This document shows, in pieces, positions 23,907 to 35,449 of a DNA stretch of 37,007 nucleotides. Position numbers and translations under genes: made by a program. Positions within the stretch are counted from its first letter, which is position 1; each line of letters starts with the position of its first letter. The stretch covers positions 5,535,128-5,572,134 of the forward strand of contig NC_057758.1 of the NCBI RefSeq assembly GCF_004010195.1. Reading direction: 5' to 3'. A model generated the notes under the pieces. That model did not search any database, was not told the DNA's origin, and was given only the letters and a program-made list of their open reading frames with translations. The DNA is from Chiloscyllium plagiosum (taxonomy: Eukaryota).

Positions 23907-26730
23907 TTGAGTGAAATAGGAATTGATGGGAAGGGTGAGGGCAGTAACAAATTAAAAATACTATATATGAATGCACGAAGCATTAGAAATAAAATGGATG
24001 AGCTTGAGGCTCTTTTGGAAATTGGCAGATACGATATTGTGGTGATGAGTGAGACGTGGCTTCAAGTGTACAGGGCCTGGAAAATAAATATTTAAGGCAA
24101 GTGTACAGGGCCTGGAAAATAAATATTTAAGGCTACACGTGCTATCGTAAGGACAGACTGACGGGCAGAAGTGGTGGGGTGACCATGTTGGTCAGGGAAG
24201 ATATCCAGTCCCTTGTGCGGGGGGGACCTAGAATCAGGTGATGTCGAGTCACTATGGATAGAGCTGAGAAATTGAAAGGTTAAAAGAACTTCTTGGGAGT
24301 TACATTCAGGCCCCCAAACAGTAGTCTGGATGTCGGATGTAAGTTGAATCAGGAGCTGAAATTGCCTGTCGCAAAGATGTTACTACAGTTGTTATGGGCA
24401 CTTTCAACATGCAGGTAGACTGGGAGAATCAGGATGGTATTGGACCTCAAGAAAGAGACTTTTTGGAGTGCCTCAGAGATGGATTATTACAACAGCTGGT
24501 GCCTACCATGCAGAAGGCAATTATGAATGGTGCAACGAACCAGAATTAATCAGGGACCTCGAAGTGAAGGAGCCATTGGGAAGTAGTGACCATAATACAA
24601 TAAGCTTCAATCTGCAATTTGAGAGGGAGAGGGTACATTCGGAAGTACATTCGGACCATATTTCTGTTGTTTAAAGGAAACTATGGAACAATGAGAGAGG
24701 AACTGGCCAACGTTCAATGATGCAATACTTTAGCAGGGATGACAGTGGAGGAACAATGGCAGATATTTCTGTGTATAATGCCAAAAAGGAAGAAAGATCA
24801 TAGGAGGAGGCATGGGTGGCCGTGGCTGACTTGGGAAGTTAAAACAAGATATAAAGTTAAAAGAGAAAATGTATAACATAGTAAAGATAAGTGGGAAAAC
24901 GGAAGACTGGGAAGCTTTGAAAGAACAACAGAGGATTACGAAGAAGAAATACGCAGAGAAAAAAATGAGGCACGAAGGTAAACTGGCCAAAAATATAAAG
25001 GAGGATAGTAAAAGCTGTTGTAGGTATGTGAAAGGCAACAAAATGGTTAAGATTAAAATTGGGCCCTTGAAGACAGAAACAGGGGAATATATTACGGGGA
25101 ACAAAGAAATGGCAGAAGAACTGAATTGGTACTTCAGATCTGTGTTCACTGGGGAAGACACAAGCAATCTCCCTGAGGTGACAGTGGCTGAATGACCTTA
25201 ACTTAAGGGAATTTATATTTGCCAGGAATTGGTACTGGAGAGACTGTGAAGTCTGAAGGTTGATAAGTCCACGGGACCTGATGGTCTCCATCCCAGGGTA
25301 CTGAAGGAGGTGGCTCGAGAAATCGTGGATCCGTTGGTAGTTATTATCCAGAGTTCGATAGATTCGGGATCAGTTCCTGCGGATTGGAGGGTGGCTAATG
25401 TTTTGCCACTTTTTCACAAAGGTGGGAGAGAGAAAGCAGGAAATTACAGACCAGTTAGTCTGACTTCAGTGGTGGGAAAGATGCTGGACTGCATTATAAA
25501 GTAAGAAATTAAGGCACATCTGGATAGTAGTCACAGGATAGGTCTGAGTCAGCAAGGATTTATGAAGGGGAAATCATGCTTAACTAATCTTCTGGATTTT
25601 TTTGAGGATGTAACTCTGAAGATGGACGAGGGCGATCCAGTAGATGTAGTGCACCTGGACTTTCAGAAAGTTTTGTTCAAGTCCCACATAGGATGTTAGT
25701 GAGCAAAATTAGGGCGATGGTGTTGGGTTAAAGTACTAACTTGGATTGAAAGTTGGTTGGCTGACAGGAAACGAAGAGGAGTGATAAACGGCTCCATTTC
25801 GGAATGGCAGGCAGGGACCAGTAGGGATCAGTGCTGGAACCGCAGCTTTTTACAATATATATTAATTATATAGAAAATGGTATTAGTAATAAGATCAGCA
25901 AATTTGCTGATGATATTAAGCTGGGTCGCAGGGTGAAATGTGAGGAGATTACAGGGTAACCTGGACAGGTTAGGTGAGTGGTCAGATGCATGCAGATGCA
26001 GTTTATTTTAGATAAATGTATGGTTATCCACTTTGGTGGCAAAAACAGGAAGGCAGATTACAACCTAAATGGTATCAATTTAGAAGAAGGAGCAGTACAA
26101 AGAGATCTGGGTGTTCTTGTACAACAGTCAATGAAGGTAAGCATGCAGGTACAGCAATTCGTGAAGAAGGCTAATAGCATGCTGCCCTTCATAACAAGAG
26201 GGATTGAGTATAGAAGCAAAGAGGTTCTTCTGCAGCTGTACAGGATCCTGGTGAGACCACGCCTGGAGTATTGTGTGCAGTTCTGGTCTCCAAATTTGAG
26301 GAAAGACATTCTGGCTATTGAGGGAGTGCAGCGGAGGTTCACGAGGTCAATTCTTGAAATTGTGGGACTACCTTATGCTGAAAGACTGGAGCGACTGAGC
26401 TTGTATACCCTTGAGTTTAGAAGACTGAGAGGGGATCTGATTGAGACATTTTAGGTTATGAAAGGATTTGACACTCTGGACGCAGGAAACATCTTTCCGC
26501 TGACGGATAAGTGCCGAACCAGAGGACACAGCTTAAAAATACGGGGTCGACCATTTTGGACAGAGATGAGGAGAAAACCCTTCACCCAGAGAGTGGTGAC
26601 TGTGTGGAATGCTCTGCCCCAGATGGCAGTGGAAGCCCAGTCTCTGGATTCATTTAAGAAACAGTTGGCTATAACTCTCAAGGATAGTGGAATCAGGGGT
26701 TGTGGAGATAAGGCAGGAACAGGATACTGA
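23907..26730 (+). pseudogene. CR1 ORF2p remnant (APE + RT)
   Basis: Collinear ORF fragments from 23907-24095 through 26458-26730, with stops and frameshifts. Confidence 0.9.
24063..24132. repeat. Perfect 35-bp tandem duplication
   Basis: 'caagtgtacagggcctggaaaataaatatttaagg' occurs twice in tandem. Confidence 0.97.
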
Positions 26731-26834
26731 TTAAGAATGATCAGCCATGATCATATCAACTGGTGGTGCAGGCTCGAAAGGCAGAATGGCCTTCTCCTGC
26801 TACTATTGTATATTGTCTATTGTCTACTGTCTTC

Positions 26835-27345
26835 TAAAACCCAATCAAGTTTGAATTAATTGTTTTGTCAATGACGAACCAAGATGACGATCTGGTGTTG
26901 AACATATAAAAAAGCTGCCAGTTTGACAGTCAGACAGTGCAACTGCCATTTGAAACACACCCAATCAAAGGTACCTTTCCATATGAAACATATTCGCATT
27001 AAGACAGCCCAGGGATATGTCAGCTGAAGGAAGAAAGGCACCAAAGACGATAGCTGCTGTATGGATTCCAATTAAGTTGACATAACTTGAATCAGTTTTT
27101 TATTGGATCAATATAATGTTATAGAGTTAGAGGCAAATAATAAGCAATTAAGAGAGGGGCTTAGAGTTGTGTATAGATATTGTTTAATATTCACTTTTAG
27201 AGATAAACAATAAATTATTATTATTCTCATTAAATAGTGGAATTTGGAAGTTCTCTGTCACTCATATTTTTTAAAAAAATACGAGCCGAGCTGCGTTTTC
27301 TGCGTGTTTGTTTTAAGTAACGGAAGTGTTCAAGGTGTGTCATAA
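26835..27345 (+). repeat. 3' LTR, downstream part (upstream part at 22519-22577)
   Basis: Aligns by eye with ~17266-17787. Confidence 0.8.
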
Positions 27346-27649
27346 TAGTATATGTAACACTGAGATATATAGTTACTTGAGTATTAAGGGGACTTAAAGA
27401 AAGCAGGTGCAAGGAGGTGTAAAAATATCAGCCATGATTGAATGCAGGAACGACTCGACGTGCTTAATGTCATAAATTCTGCTCCCACGTCTTAGGATCC
27501 TATCGTCTGGAATGGACAGAGAACATTGGAGGATATGAAAGTATATCAACCACGATGGTGTTGCATTTGCACAAGGGTCAGGACCTGAATGGCGTCTTCT
27601 TTTTCCCAGGAAGTTCCGACCAGTAATGCACGGTGAGATAAACTCATAC

Positions 27650-27718
27650 CCCAGAAGATAAAGCAAGGGCACAACACCAGCAGCAATTAAAGTCAGTACC
27701 AACACCAGTGCCAGGCAC
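27650..27718 (-). CDS. Candidate exon (69 nt), possibly a transmembrane helix
   Basis: Acceptor 'ccttttctctttag|' and donor 'ggg|gtatga'. Phase-2 frame CLALVLVLTLIAAGVVPLLYLL; the phase-0 frame VPGTGVGTDFNCCWCCALALSSG is also open. Confidence 0.38.
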
Positions 27719-29249
27719 CTAAAGAGAAAAGGCCTCATTCATTCCTCTTCCCCCTCACAGACATAGTGAACTGCTGGAGAACAGAAGGTCATTATTAATG
27801 GGCAGAACACACTGTGGTTTATATTGACCTCAGGCTCATTGACTTGCGCCCTACGTTGGAACAGTTAATGGGACAGTTCACTCACTAAGAGCAGCAGTAA
27901 CGTGGAGCAGGGGCTAAACGTGAGATCCCACTCTGTTCTTTAATAAAGTCACGCTCGCAGCTAAGCTTCGTACAAGAATGAGTCAGATCTCAGGCAGGAT
28001 TGTGCCTTGATCCACTTCATTTTGTTTGTGTTCAATCTAACATTACATTTCTCACTAGTGCATCATCACGCAGTGCTGCAATATTGGATTGAGCATTAAC
28101 GTTCAAAGGTGTGAAGCGATTAATGCATTTAAATGCAGAACAACTTTAGCCATTCGGCGCAAAATGTCACTGTTAGTTCTTTGTGTGAGAACTGAAAGAG
28201 CCAGCAGTGGAATGATCGGCCAAATATTTCCCTTAAATAAAATAAACAATACACTCATATCCAATCTGAACGTTTGCTGTGAACCTTCACCACGTCAATT
28301 AGCAAACAGTTAGGTTCCTCTGTTCACTGAGAAATGACTGTTGACAGAAAAGCCTAACCTTTGATTCCAGCTACATTAGGTATTCGTGAAATGTCATTAT
28401 AATTACCACAGGGTAGATCCAATCTTCAATTTGGAACTGTGATTATTAACTACAGTGTAGTCACTCATCTGTAATAACGAGCCTCAGTGTTCCAGTCACC
28501 TCGCCATGACTCTGAAAAACTCTATAGAGAAAGATGAAATAATTGCTTTTGCTTCTCATCGTCCTGGTGCTTGTCGAACCCATCACTGCAGATGGAGAAT
28601 CTAGACCATGGTTCTTCCTTCCCGGTTGGTACATTTCTATGTAAACAAATTGTAGCACCATCAGCTCCTCAAGTGTTTGCTGATTTGTATTGGAACTTGA
28701 CTGTTTTTTTTTGTCTTCTTTCAATCAGCCCAGATTTTCATTCCTCCCTGCTCTGAAATGAAGCTACGGTCTCATTTTGGATAATTTTCAAAGAACTGTT
28801 CGATTTAATTGTTTACACACAAAAACTATCCAACAAGGAGATATCCTTAGCTGCACTGTTTGCACGTTGAATAGAGAAATGTTTTCAAATGTATCTTTGA
28901 GCCGCCCCGCCCCGATCTCTGGATTATCCTTCATTATCGAAACCATTTTTTGATATTCATGCCACTCTAATTGTGAAACTCAAACTTATCTTATGCTGAT
29001 GAATACAAGAGATCAGACAGTATGTCTTTTTTTCCGATTTTAATCAGCTGCCTGAGCAGAGAGCTGTTGAATGCGCTCCGTATAAATGCAATCAATGACC
29101 TCAAAGATGCCTTGAAATCAACCATGTTACAATTTGTTTCTGGTAACGTACTCGTATATGTCCTTCTGTGTTTTTTTCTTTTCAGACGAAAGAAAAGACT
29201 GTGCACAGAGTTGATCCACATTTTTGTTGGTTAACTCATATTGGAAACA

Positions 29250-29980
29250 CCGAGGACAGCTGTGATCTCTATATTATTCAGTGTGACACTACTTCGGACA
29301 CTGTTCGTAGCGATACCTGCGATTTCCCTTGGTAATACAAATGTATAACACTTTAAACCCTTATAGGCTCCTTATCTCTTAGTTACACGACACTAAGAGC
29401 ACTGTGCACAAAGATGGACTGGATGTCCGTTCGTTTAGTCACAGTCGAAGCAATGCGTACTTCCCTTACTTGCCTTACTTAGTCCAAACTGGAAGCGCTG
29501 TGCACTGTCCTTCACGCCATGTCCCTTAGTTAGACTATACTTTGTTCACTGAACATAGATAATGTCTCAATATCCCTCGGTAAGTCCACACTGTACACAG
29601 TTCTCGACTTCACATCCCTCAGTTCGACGACGGTGGGATCACAGTGCACAGTCCCTGTCTCAATATGTCTCAGTGAAAAGATTATTTTAATAGAACCCCT
29701 ACTATTTGGAAATAGGCCCTTCGACCCAAGACGTCCACGCCACTCCGCCGTATACTAACTCACCGAGACCCATTGGGAAGGTGCAGACAGTTCTCGTCTC
29801 TATCTCCCTTGATACGACATCACTGAGAGCACTGGGCACTGTTCTCGTCTTTACATCCCTTGATAAGCTCACATTGCGAGTACTGTACACAGTTCTGGCG
29901 TCCATTTCCTTGACTGGATCACACTGGCAGTACTGGATACATTTATGCTCGCCATGTTTCCTGGATTGGTGACACGTGGA
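29250..29980. repeat. Degenerate ~51-bp minisatellite
   Basis: Unit core 'ca/gtactgt.cacagttctcg...tccctt' recurs. 'acagttctc'-like anchors fall at ~29787, 29838, 29889 and 29939. Confidence 0.7.
29688..29775 (-). mobile_element. HE1/CR1 tail fragment interrupting the minisatellite
   Basis: 'ggaaataggcccttcgacccaagacgtccacgcca' is the reverse complement of the HE1 tail at ~11585-11620. Confidence 0.7.
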
Positions 29981-30266
29981 AGGTAAATTGTCCCGGTTGG
30001 AGACATCAATTAAGTATATCTTTATGTTTTAAAGGTTTCTACAACTCTCGTGCACTCCAGAGAGGAACTTGCAAGCAATCCCCTTGTCTTCCACAAGAAC
30101 TCCGTTCCAGTGGGATTTGTGAAATTGGGCAATACTGCTGCAAGAGAAAATGGATGTACAGTAAATAAATCTGAAGTGAGACCCGACTGAGGCAACAAAT
30201 GATGCAAACTGTTACTTCTGTAAACCGAATGTGTTCCATTGTGTGGATCCAATGACCCTAACTTAC

Positions 30267-30426
30267 AGCTTTGTAAATAGTATCAATAACATTCGTTGCA
30301 ATGTCCGTTGTCCAAACCCGATTCTTTCGTTCATATGATCGGAGAGAGAGGAGGTCACAAAAACACAGGCAGAATCTTTCATATCTTGCCGTTCCAACTG
30401 TGTCATCCTCATCTGTCGGTCTTGTC
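30267..30426 (-). CDS. Candidate exon (160 nt)
   Basis: Acceptor 'gttttacgttgtgcag|' and consensus donor '|gtaagt'. Two frames are open and both are phase-compatible with 27650-27718. Confidence 0.35.
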
Positions 30427-30949
30427 CTGCACAACGTAAAACAACAGGAATAAACTGTTGGAGAAGATTCAACAATCGATTCTATTCTGGCTTTCGAATT
30501 TGAACCGCTTTCACCGTGGAAGTCTCGGGTTCTCCAATGACTAGTCGAATTGATCGAGGTTTGCTAGCCAGATTTTGCCTGCAGTTCGTGACGAAAGAAC
30601 CAGCAGAAAGGAAAATATGTCCTTGCCTTCCTTCTGAAAAATCTTCCTGCCTCACACACATCTTTCCACACCACCATTGTTAGAACTAAAGACCACACAG
30701 TCCTGGTGAAAATTAAATATTACCGCCACACTGAGGACACATTTCTGTTATTGGGTACAGCCATTGTGCCATGTGCAGCAGATTCTGGACAGATCTGGAA
30801 TCTCAGATCTGGGCAGCCATGTGGCGCCAGTGGAGTTCAATTTAATCACAATCTCTTAAAACACGGCATAGTATATTCCTGATGCGTAATCCCCTGAGGT
30901 CTTCACTTGAAAGATCCATGCAATTCATCGGACCTTGGCCTTGTGAAGA

Positions 30950-32040
30950 TCTCGAGGAGAAAGTGAGGGCTGCAGATGCTGGAGATCAGACAACCCAGAT
31001 GGCCTCCTTCTTCAAGGACCGCAATATTCCGCCAGACGTATTCGACGATGCCCTTCACCGCATCTCTTCCACTTCACGCTTCTCCGCCCTTGAGCCCCGC
31101 CCCTCCAACCGCCACCAGGACAGAACTCCACTGGTCCTCACCTACCACCCCACCAACCATCATGTGCAACGTATCATCCGCCGTCATTTCCGCCACCTCC
31201 AAATGGACCCCACCACCAGGGATATATTTCCCTCCCCTCCCCTATCAGCCTTCCAAAAAGAGCACTCCCTCCGTGACTCCCTCGTCAGGTCCACACCCCC
31301 CACCAATCAAACCTCCACTCCAGGCACCTTCCCCTGCAACTGCAAGAAATGCAAAACTTGCGCCCACACCTCCCCCCTTACTCCCGCCAAGGCCCCAAGG
31401 GACACTTCCATATCCGCCACAAATTCACCTGCACCTCCACACACATCATCTATTGCATCCGCTGCACCAGATGTGGCCTCCTCTATATTGGGGAGACAGG
31501 CCACCTACTTGCGGAACGCTTCAGAGAACACCTCTGGGACACCCGGACCAACCAACCAAACCACCCCGTTGCCCAACACTTTAACTCCCCCTCTCATTCC
31601 ACCAAGGATATGCAGGTCCTTGGACTCCTCCATCGCCAGACCATGGCAACACGACGGTTGGAGGAAGAGCTCCTCATCTTCTGCCTGGGAACCCTCCAAC
31701 CACAAGGGATGAACTCAGATTTCTCGAGTTTCCTCATTTCCCCTTCCCCCACCTTGTCTCAGTCAAATCCCTCGAACTCAGCACCGCCTTCCTAACCTGC
31801 AATCTTCTTCCTGACCTCTCCAGCCACACTCCACTCCGGCCTATCACCCTCACCTTGACCTCCCTCCACCTATCGCATTTCCAAAGCCCCTTCCCCCAAG
31901 TCCCTCCTACCTACCTTTTATCATAGCCTGCTGGACACACTTTCCTCATTCTTGAAGAAGGGCTTCTGCCCGAAACGTCTATTCTCCTGTTCCTTGGATG
32001 CTGCCTGACCTGCTGCGCTTTTCCAGCAACACATTTTCAG
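30950..32040 (+). mobile_element. 5'-truncated Penelope-like element with GIY-YIG endonuclease, flanked by a 10-bp TSD
   Basis: PLVLTYHP, GTFPCNCKKCKTC and IIYCIRCTRCGLLYIGET..LAERFREH (frameshift ~31380). TSD cttgtgaaga at 30940-30949 and 32041-32050. Confidence 0.93.
31947..31985 (+). ncRNA. Minimal hammerhead-ribozyme motif in the pLTR (core C mutated)
   Basis: attc-TTGAAGA-a-gggc-ttct-gccc-GAAA-cgtc. Confidence 0.6.
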
Positions 32041-32177
32041 CTTGTGAAGAGATCGTCAAGGAGATTTGGTTCATCTGTGCAATTCATCATGCACGTGGCA
32101 CACATTGTTGCTCTGAACGTCCGTGGTGTGGGAGCAGACCTGTTTTGAATGTATCTCTGAAGCTTTAACTCTGTTTT

Positions 32178-32425
32178 AATAGAAACCCTACAATGTGGAA
32201 ACAAACAATTTGACCCACCGAACCCACACCAAATCTCTGATCAGTATCCCATCCCAAAACAATCCATTAGCCTACGACGTACATTTCTCATGACTAATAC
32301 ACGTAACCTACATGACTCTACAATGGATAAGCAATTTAGCATGGCCAATTCACCTAACTTGCACATCTTTTACTGTGGAAGGAAACGAGAGCACCGGAAT
32401 GAAACCACTCATATTCGGGACTTTT
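32178..32425 (-). mobile_element. Degenerate HE1-like V-SINE
   Basis: 'gcaatttagcatggccaattcacctaacttgcaca' is the reverse complement of ~11490-11522. Confidence 0.8.
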
Positions 32426-33589
32426 ATGTATACATACAGTCGCAGAGATGTAAAACATGTAAATAGACTCTTCGGTCCATCCTGTCCATGCCGACCAGAT
32501 ACGTGTGCTTCCAGAACTGCTGAGTTTCTCCAGCAATTTCCCATTTTGTTAATCTCTGAGCCACGAGGCCCGTTTTCAAATTCTCCTGACATTGATATGA
32601 GTCCCACCGAATCGAGCTGATGGTCGAACACTGTGCAATCGATAAAGAAATGGCAGTCTCTCCTCCCACAATTCCACGCCAATGTGAAATGCATCTATCT
32701 CTGAGCTTGATTTTTGTGGTCAATAGGGAAGATGCGAACTTCTCCAGGGGCAGGAGATGAAGCAGTCTCCAGTCCAAAGGCTGATGTTAATGGTAATATG
32801 ACTCTGCATGTCCCTTTTACCTTCTCTCCCAGCCAGAAAGGAGAAGCTTCTTTGAGGCCGCAGGAGAGAAAGGCCAATGTTGCTTACTCTCAGCTATGAA
32901 GCTCTGACGACAAAGATACACACAGCTCTACGCGTCTCACTTTGTGCTTTTCTGTGCCCAGTCAAAAATGTGAGACCCCATTAAGAGCCATCAGTCACTC
33001 ACTGATCAACGCCTAGACTCTGAAATCAAGGACTCCAGTGCGTTGGTCATCGAGAACTGAAAGATAATTCCCTTCCATGTCCTTTCATTCAATTTGGCAG
33101 AACCCAACCTATTTTGTGTTCAAGCAGATTTCGCATAATTTATACATTTCAAAATTAGCTTCAAACTTCCACTTTGGGTTGTCCTATCGGATGGAGCAAG
33201 GCATTACTGGAAGGGTTTGCTCCAATAGATACCACTTATAGTGTCTGGCTCTTATAGCTCGACAAAGGTTCTCAGAAGAAACCATGGATGTTCAATTTGC
33301 ATCAACCGGAGTCCATCCTGCTCCTTTGCTGTTTTTCCGTATTTCTTTCAGCTGGCATTTAACATTTACACACAGAATGACATCAGTGCAACAAATCTTG
33401 CTCATCACTACAGGATGTTGATTGTTTGATCTTGCTGTGCATTTATTTCTTCCACTGCTTCAACAGTGTCACATCGGCAATTTATTGCTGCTCCAAGTCA
33501 CAGTAAGAAAGCTCCACCCTTCATTTCCTTGTAGTCTGTTTTCCGACACTTCAGGGAAAACTGCTCCAGCCCATTCAACTCCCCCCCCC

Positions 33590-34935
33590 CCCCATAGTCC
33601 AGAAACCTCGAAACCTGGCAGCAACTTCATACGTCTTTTCTGGACCCTTTCAAGTTCCACAAATTCCTCAGCTGAGGATGGAGAGCAGAATTGACCGCAA
33701 TATTCCCAACGAGGGCTAACCAATGTCCCTTAATGTGGCAACATGACCTCCCGACTCCTGTATTCAATACTCTGACCAATAAAGGAAAGCATACCAAACG
33801 CCTTCTTCATTATCCTATCTACCTGCGACTCCACTTTCAATGAGCTTTGATCCTGCACTCCAAGGTCTCTTTACTCAGTCACACCCTCTAGGACCTTACC
33901 ATCAAGTATATAAATCCTGCTAATTTGTGCTTTCCCAAAATGGAGTACCTAGCATTTATCTCAGTAAAATTCCATCTACCAATTCTCAGCACGTTGGCCC
34001 ATTTGAATTAGATCCCTTTTTAATCTGAGGTAACCTTCTTCGCTGTCCACTACATCTCCAATTTTGGTTTCATCTGCAAATTTACTAACGATGCCTCTGA
34101 TACTTACATCCAAATCATTTACAAAAATGACGAAGAGAAGTGGACCCAGCACCGATTCCTGTGGTACGCCAATAGTGACAGCCCTCCAGTTTGAAAAACA
34201 CAAATCCAATAACACTCTCTGTCTTCTACCTTTGAGCCAGTTATTTATCCATTTATTCCAAGAGATCTAATCTTGCTAATCAATCTCCCATGTGGAACCC
34301 CGTTGCAAGTCTGACTGAAGTACTTAATGATCACATCTAATGCTCTCGCCTCATCAATCCTCCTTGTTACTTTTTCAAAAAACTCGATTAAGTTTGTGTG
34401 ACATGGATCCCCATGCTCCAAGTTGTGTTGACTATGACTCCTTGCCTTTCCAAATACTTGTGCATCCTCTCCCTCATGATTCCCTCAAGCAAATTGCTCA
34501 CCTTCGACGTCAGGCTCACTGATCTACAGTTTCCTGGCTTATCCTTACCAACTTTGGGAAAGAGTGGAACCGAGTTCGCCAAACTTCAGCTTTTGGGCAC
34601 TTCACCTGTGACGATCAATGCTATGAATATCTCATCAAGGGACCCAGCAATCACTTCCCTACCTCCACGCAGAGTTCCAGCTTACACCTGACATGATGTT
34701 GAGGATTTATCGACTTTTATGCATTTCAAGGCATCCAGCAATTCCTCGTCTGGAAAAACACATTTTTCAAGATGTCCCCTTCCATTTCCCCATATACTAT
34801 ATCTCCCACATCCTTTTCCACAGCAAACATTGATGCAAAATACTCGTTTAGTGTCTCCCTGATCCTCTCCGCCTCCACACAAATGCTGCCTTGCAGATCT
34901 TTGAGGGGCTGTACTCTCTAAACAGTTACCCTTCT
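33590..34935 (-). mobile_element. Decayed CR1 ORF2 fragment
   Basis: [51 protein letters not shown] and EYCGQFCSP. Confidence 0.9.
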
Positions 34936-35449
34936 GTAAATGATTCATTTATTTTTATACACTTGTGGATCTAGCATTTAATGCCAATCCTAATTTACCC
35001 TTAAGAGGGTTGCCTTAGTTCCTCCGTGAAATGCGATGTTCCATGTATTGTAGGTAGAGTCCACTGTGCCAGTACGGAGGGAATTCCAAACTTTTGACTC
35101 AGCAGTTATGAAGGAACGGCGATACATTTCCATGTCAGGACAGCGAGTGGCTTGGAGGGGAACGTGCATTGTGTCGTTTTCCCATACATTGGTTGCTTTG
35201 TCCATCGAGATGGAAGTCGTCATTTGTTTGGAAAGTGCTGCCTGAGGATCTTTAGAGAATGTAATCCTTTTTGTAGTTGATACGCATTACTGCTACTGTG
35301 CCTTTCAAGCGGAGGAAGGGGGTACCTCTAGATGGGTTCCCGAAACATTCGTTCTGTTTTCGCCTCGCACCTGGTGCCAGACCTGCAGAGTTATCCAGCA
35401 ATTTCACTTTTCGGTTTGAAGAATGCTTGTTGAATGTGTTAAATTCAAT

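Larger units (their letters stand above)
22578..26832 (+). mobile_element. Near full-length CR1 LINE, decayed, inserted in the 3' LTR
   Basis: ORF1 pieces (CATCLMW..CGK, GDSIVRG, VGTDD, DGL). ORF2 pieces (LYMNARSIRNK, SDHN, GNYRPVSLTSVVGK, KFADD, LVRPRLEYCVQFWSP). Tail (tattgtc)n at ~26805-26832. Confidence 0.95.
17071..27345 (+). mobile_element. Ancient Gmr1-like Gypsy LTR retrotransposon, internally deleted, with nested Penelope and CR1 insertions
   Basis: Homologous LTRs share 'aaaggtacctttccatatgaaacatattc' (~17398 and ~26967) and 'tggaatttgg.agtt..tgtcactca' (~17678 and ~27238). PBS-like 'ttggggcc' follows the 5' LTR. Gag 20771-21082, CCHC knuckle ~21391, protease remnant ~21662, then integrase H2C2 remnant ~22290-22517. 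The outer 5' boundary is approximate. Confidence 0.85.

Noticed and set aside
27394..27738. 114-aa single-exon membrane protein ORF
   Set aside because: The ATG sits just before a polypyrimidine acceptor and a donor follows the hydrophobic stretch, so it is better read as a 69-nt internal exon.
29022..29234. TM-like peptide VLVYVLLCFFLFRRKKR
   Set aside because: Largely explained by translation of a polypyrimidine tract. The alternative, a ~44-nt intron, is implausibly short.
29250..29980. CRISPR-like periodic repeat
   Set aside because: Vertebrate context, degenerate units without unique spacers, and no cas genes.
30976..31584. Pro/Thr-rich 202-aa ORF
   Set aside because: Alternative frame of the C-rich Penelope element.
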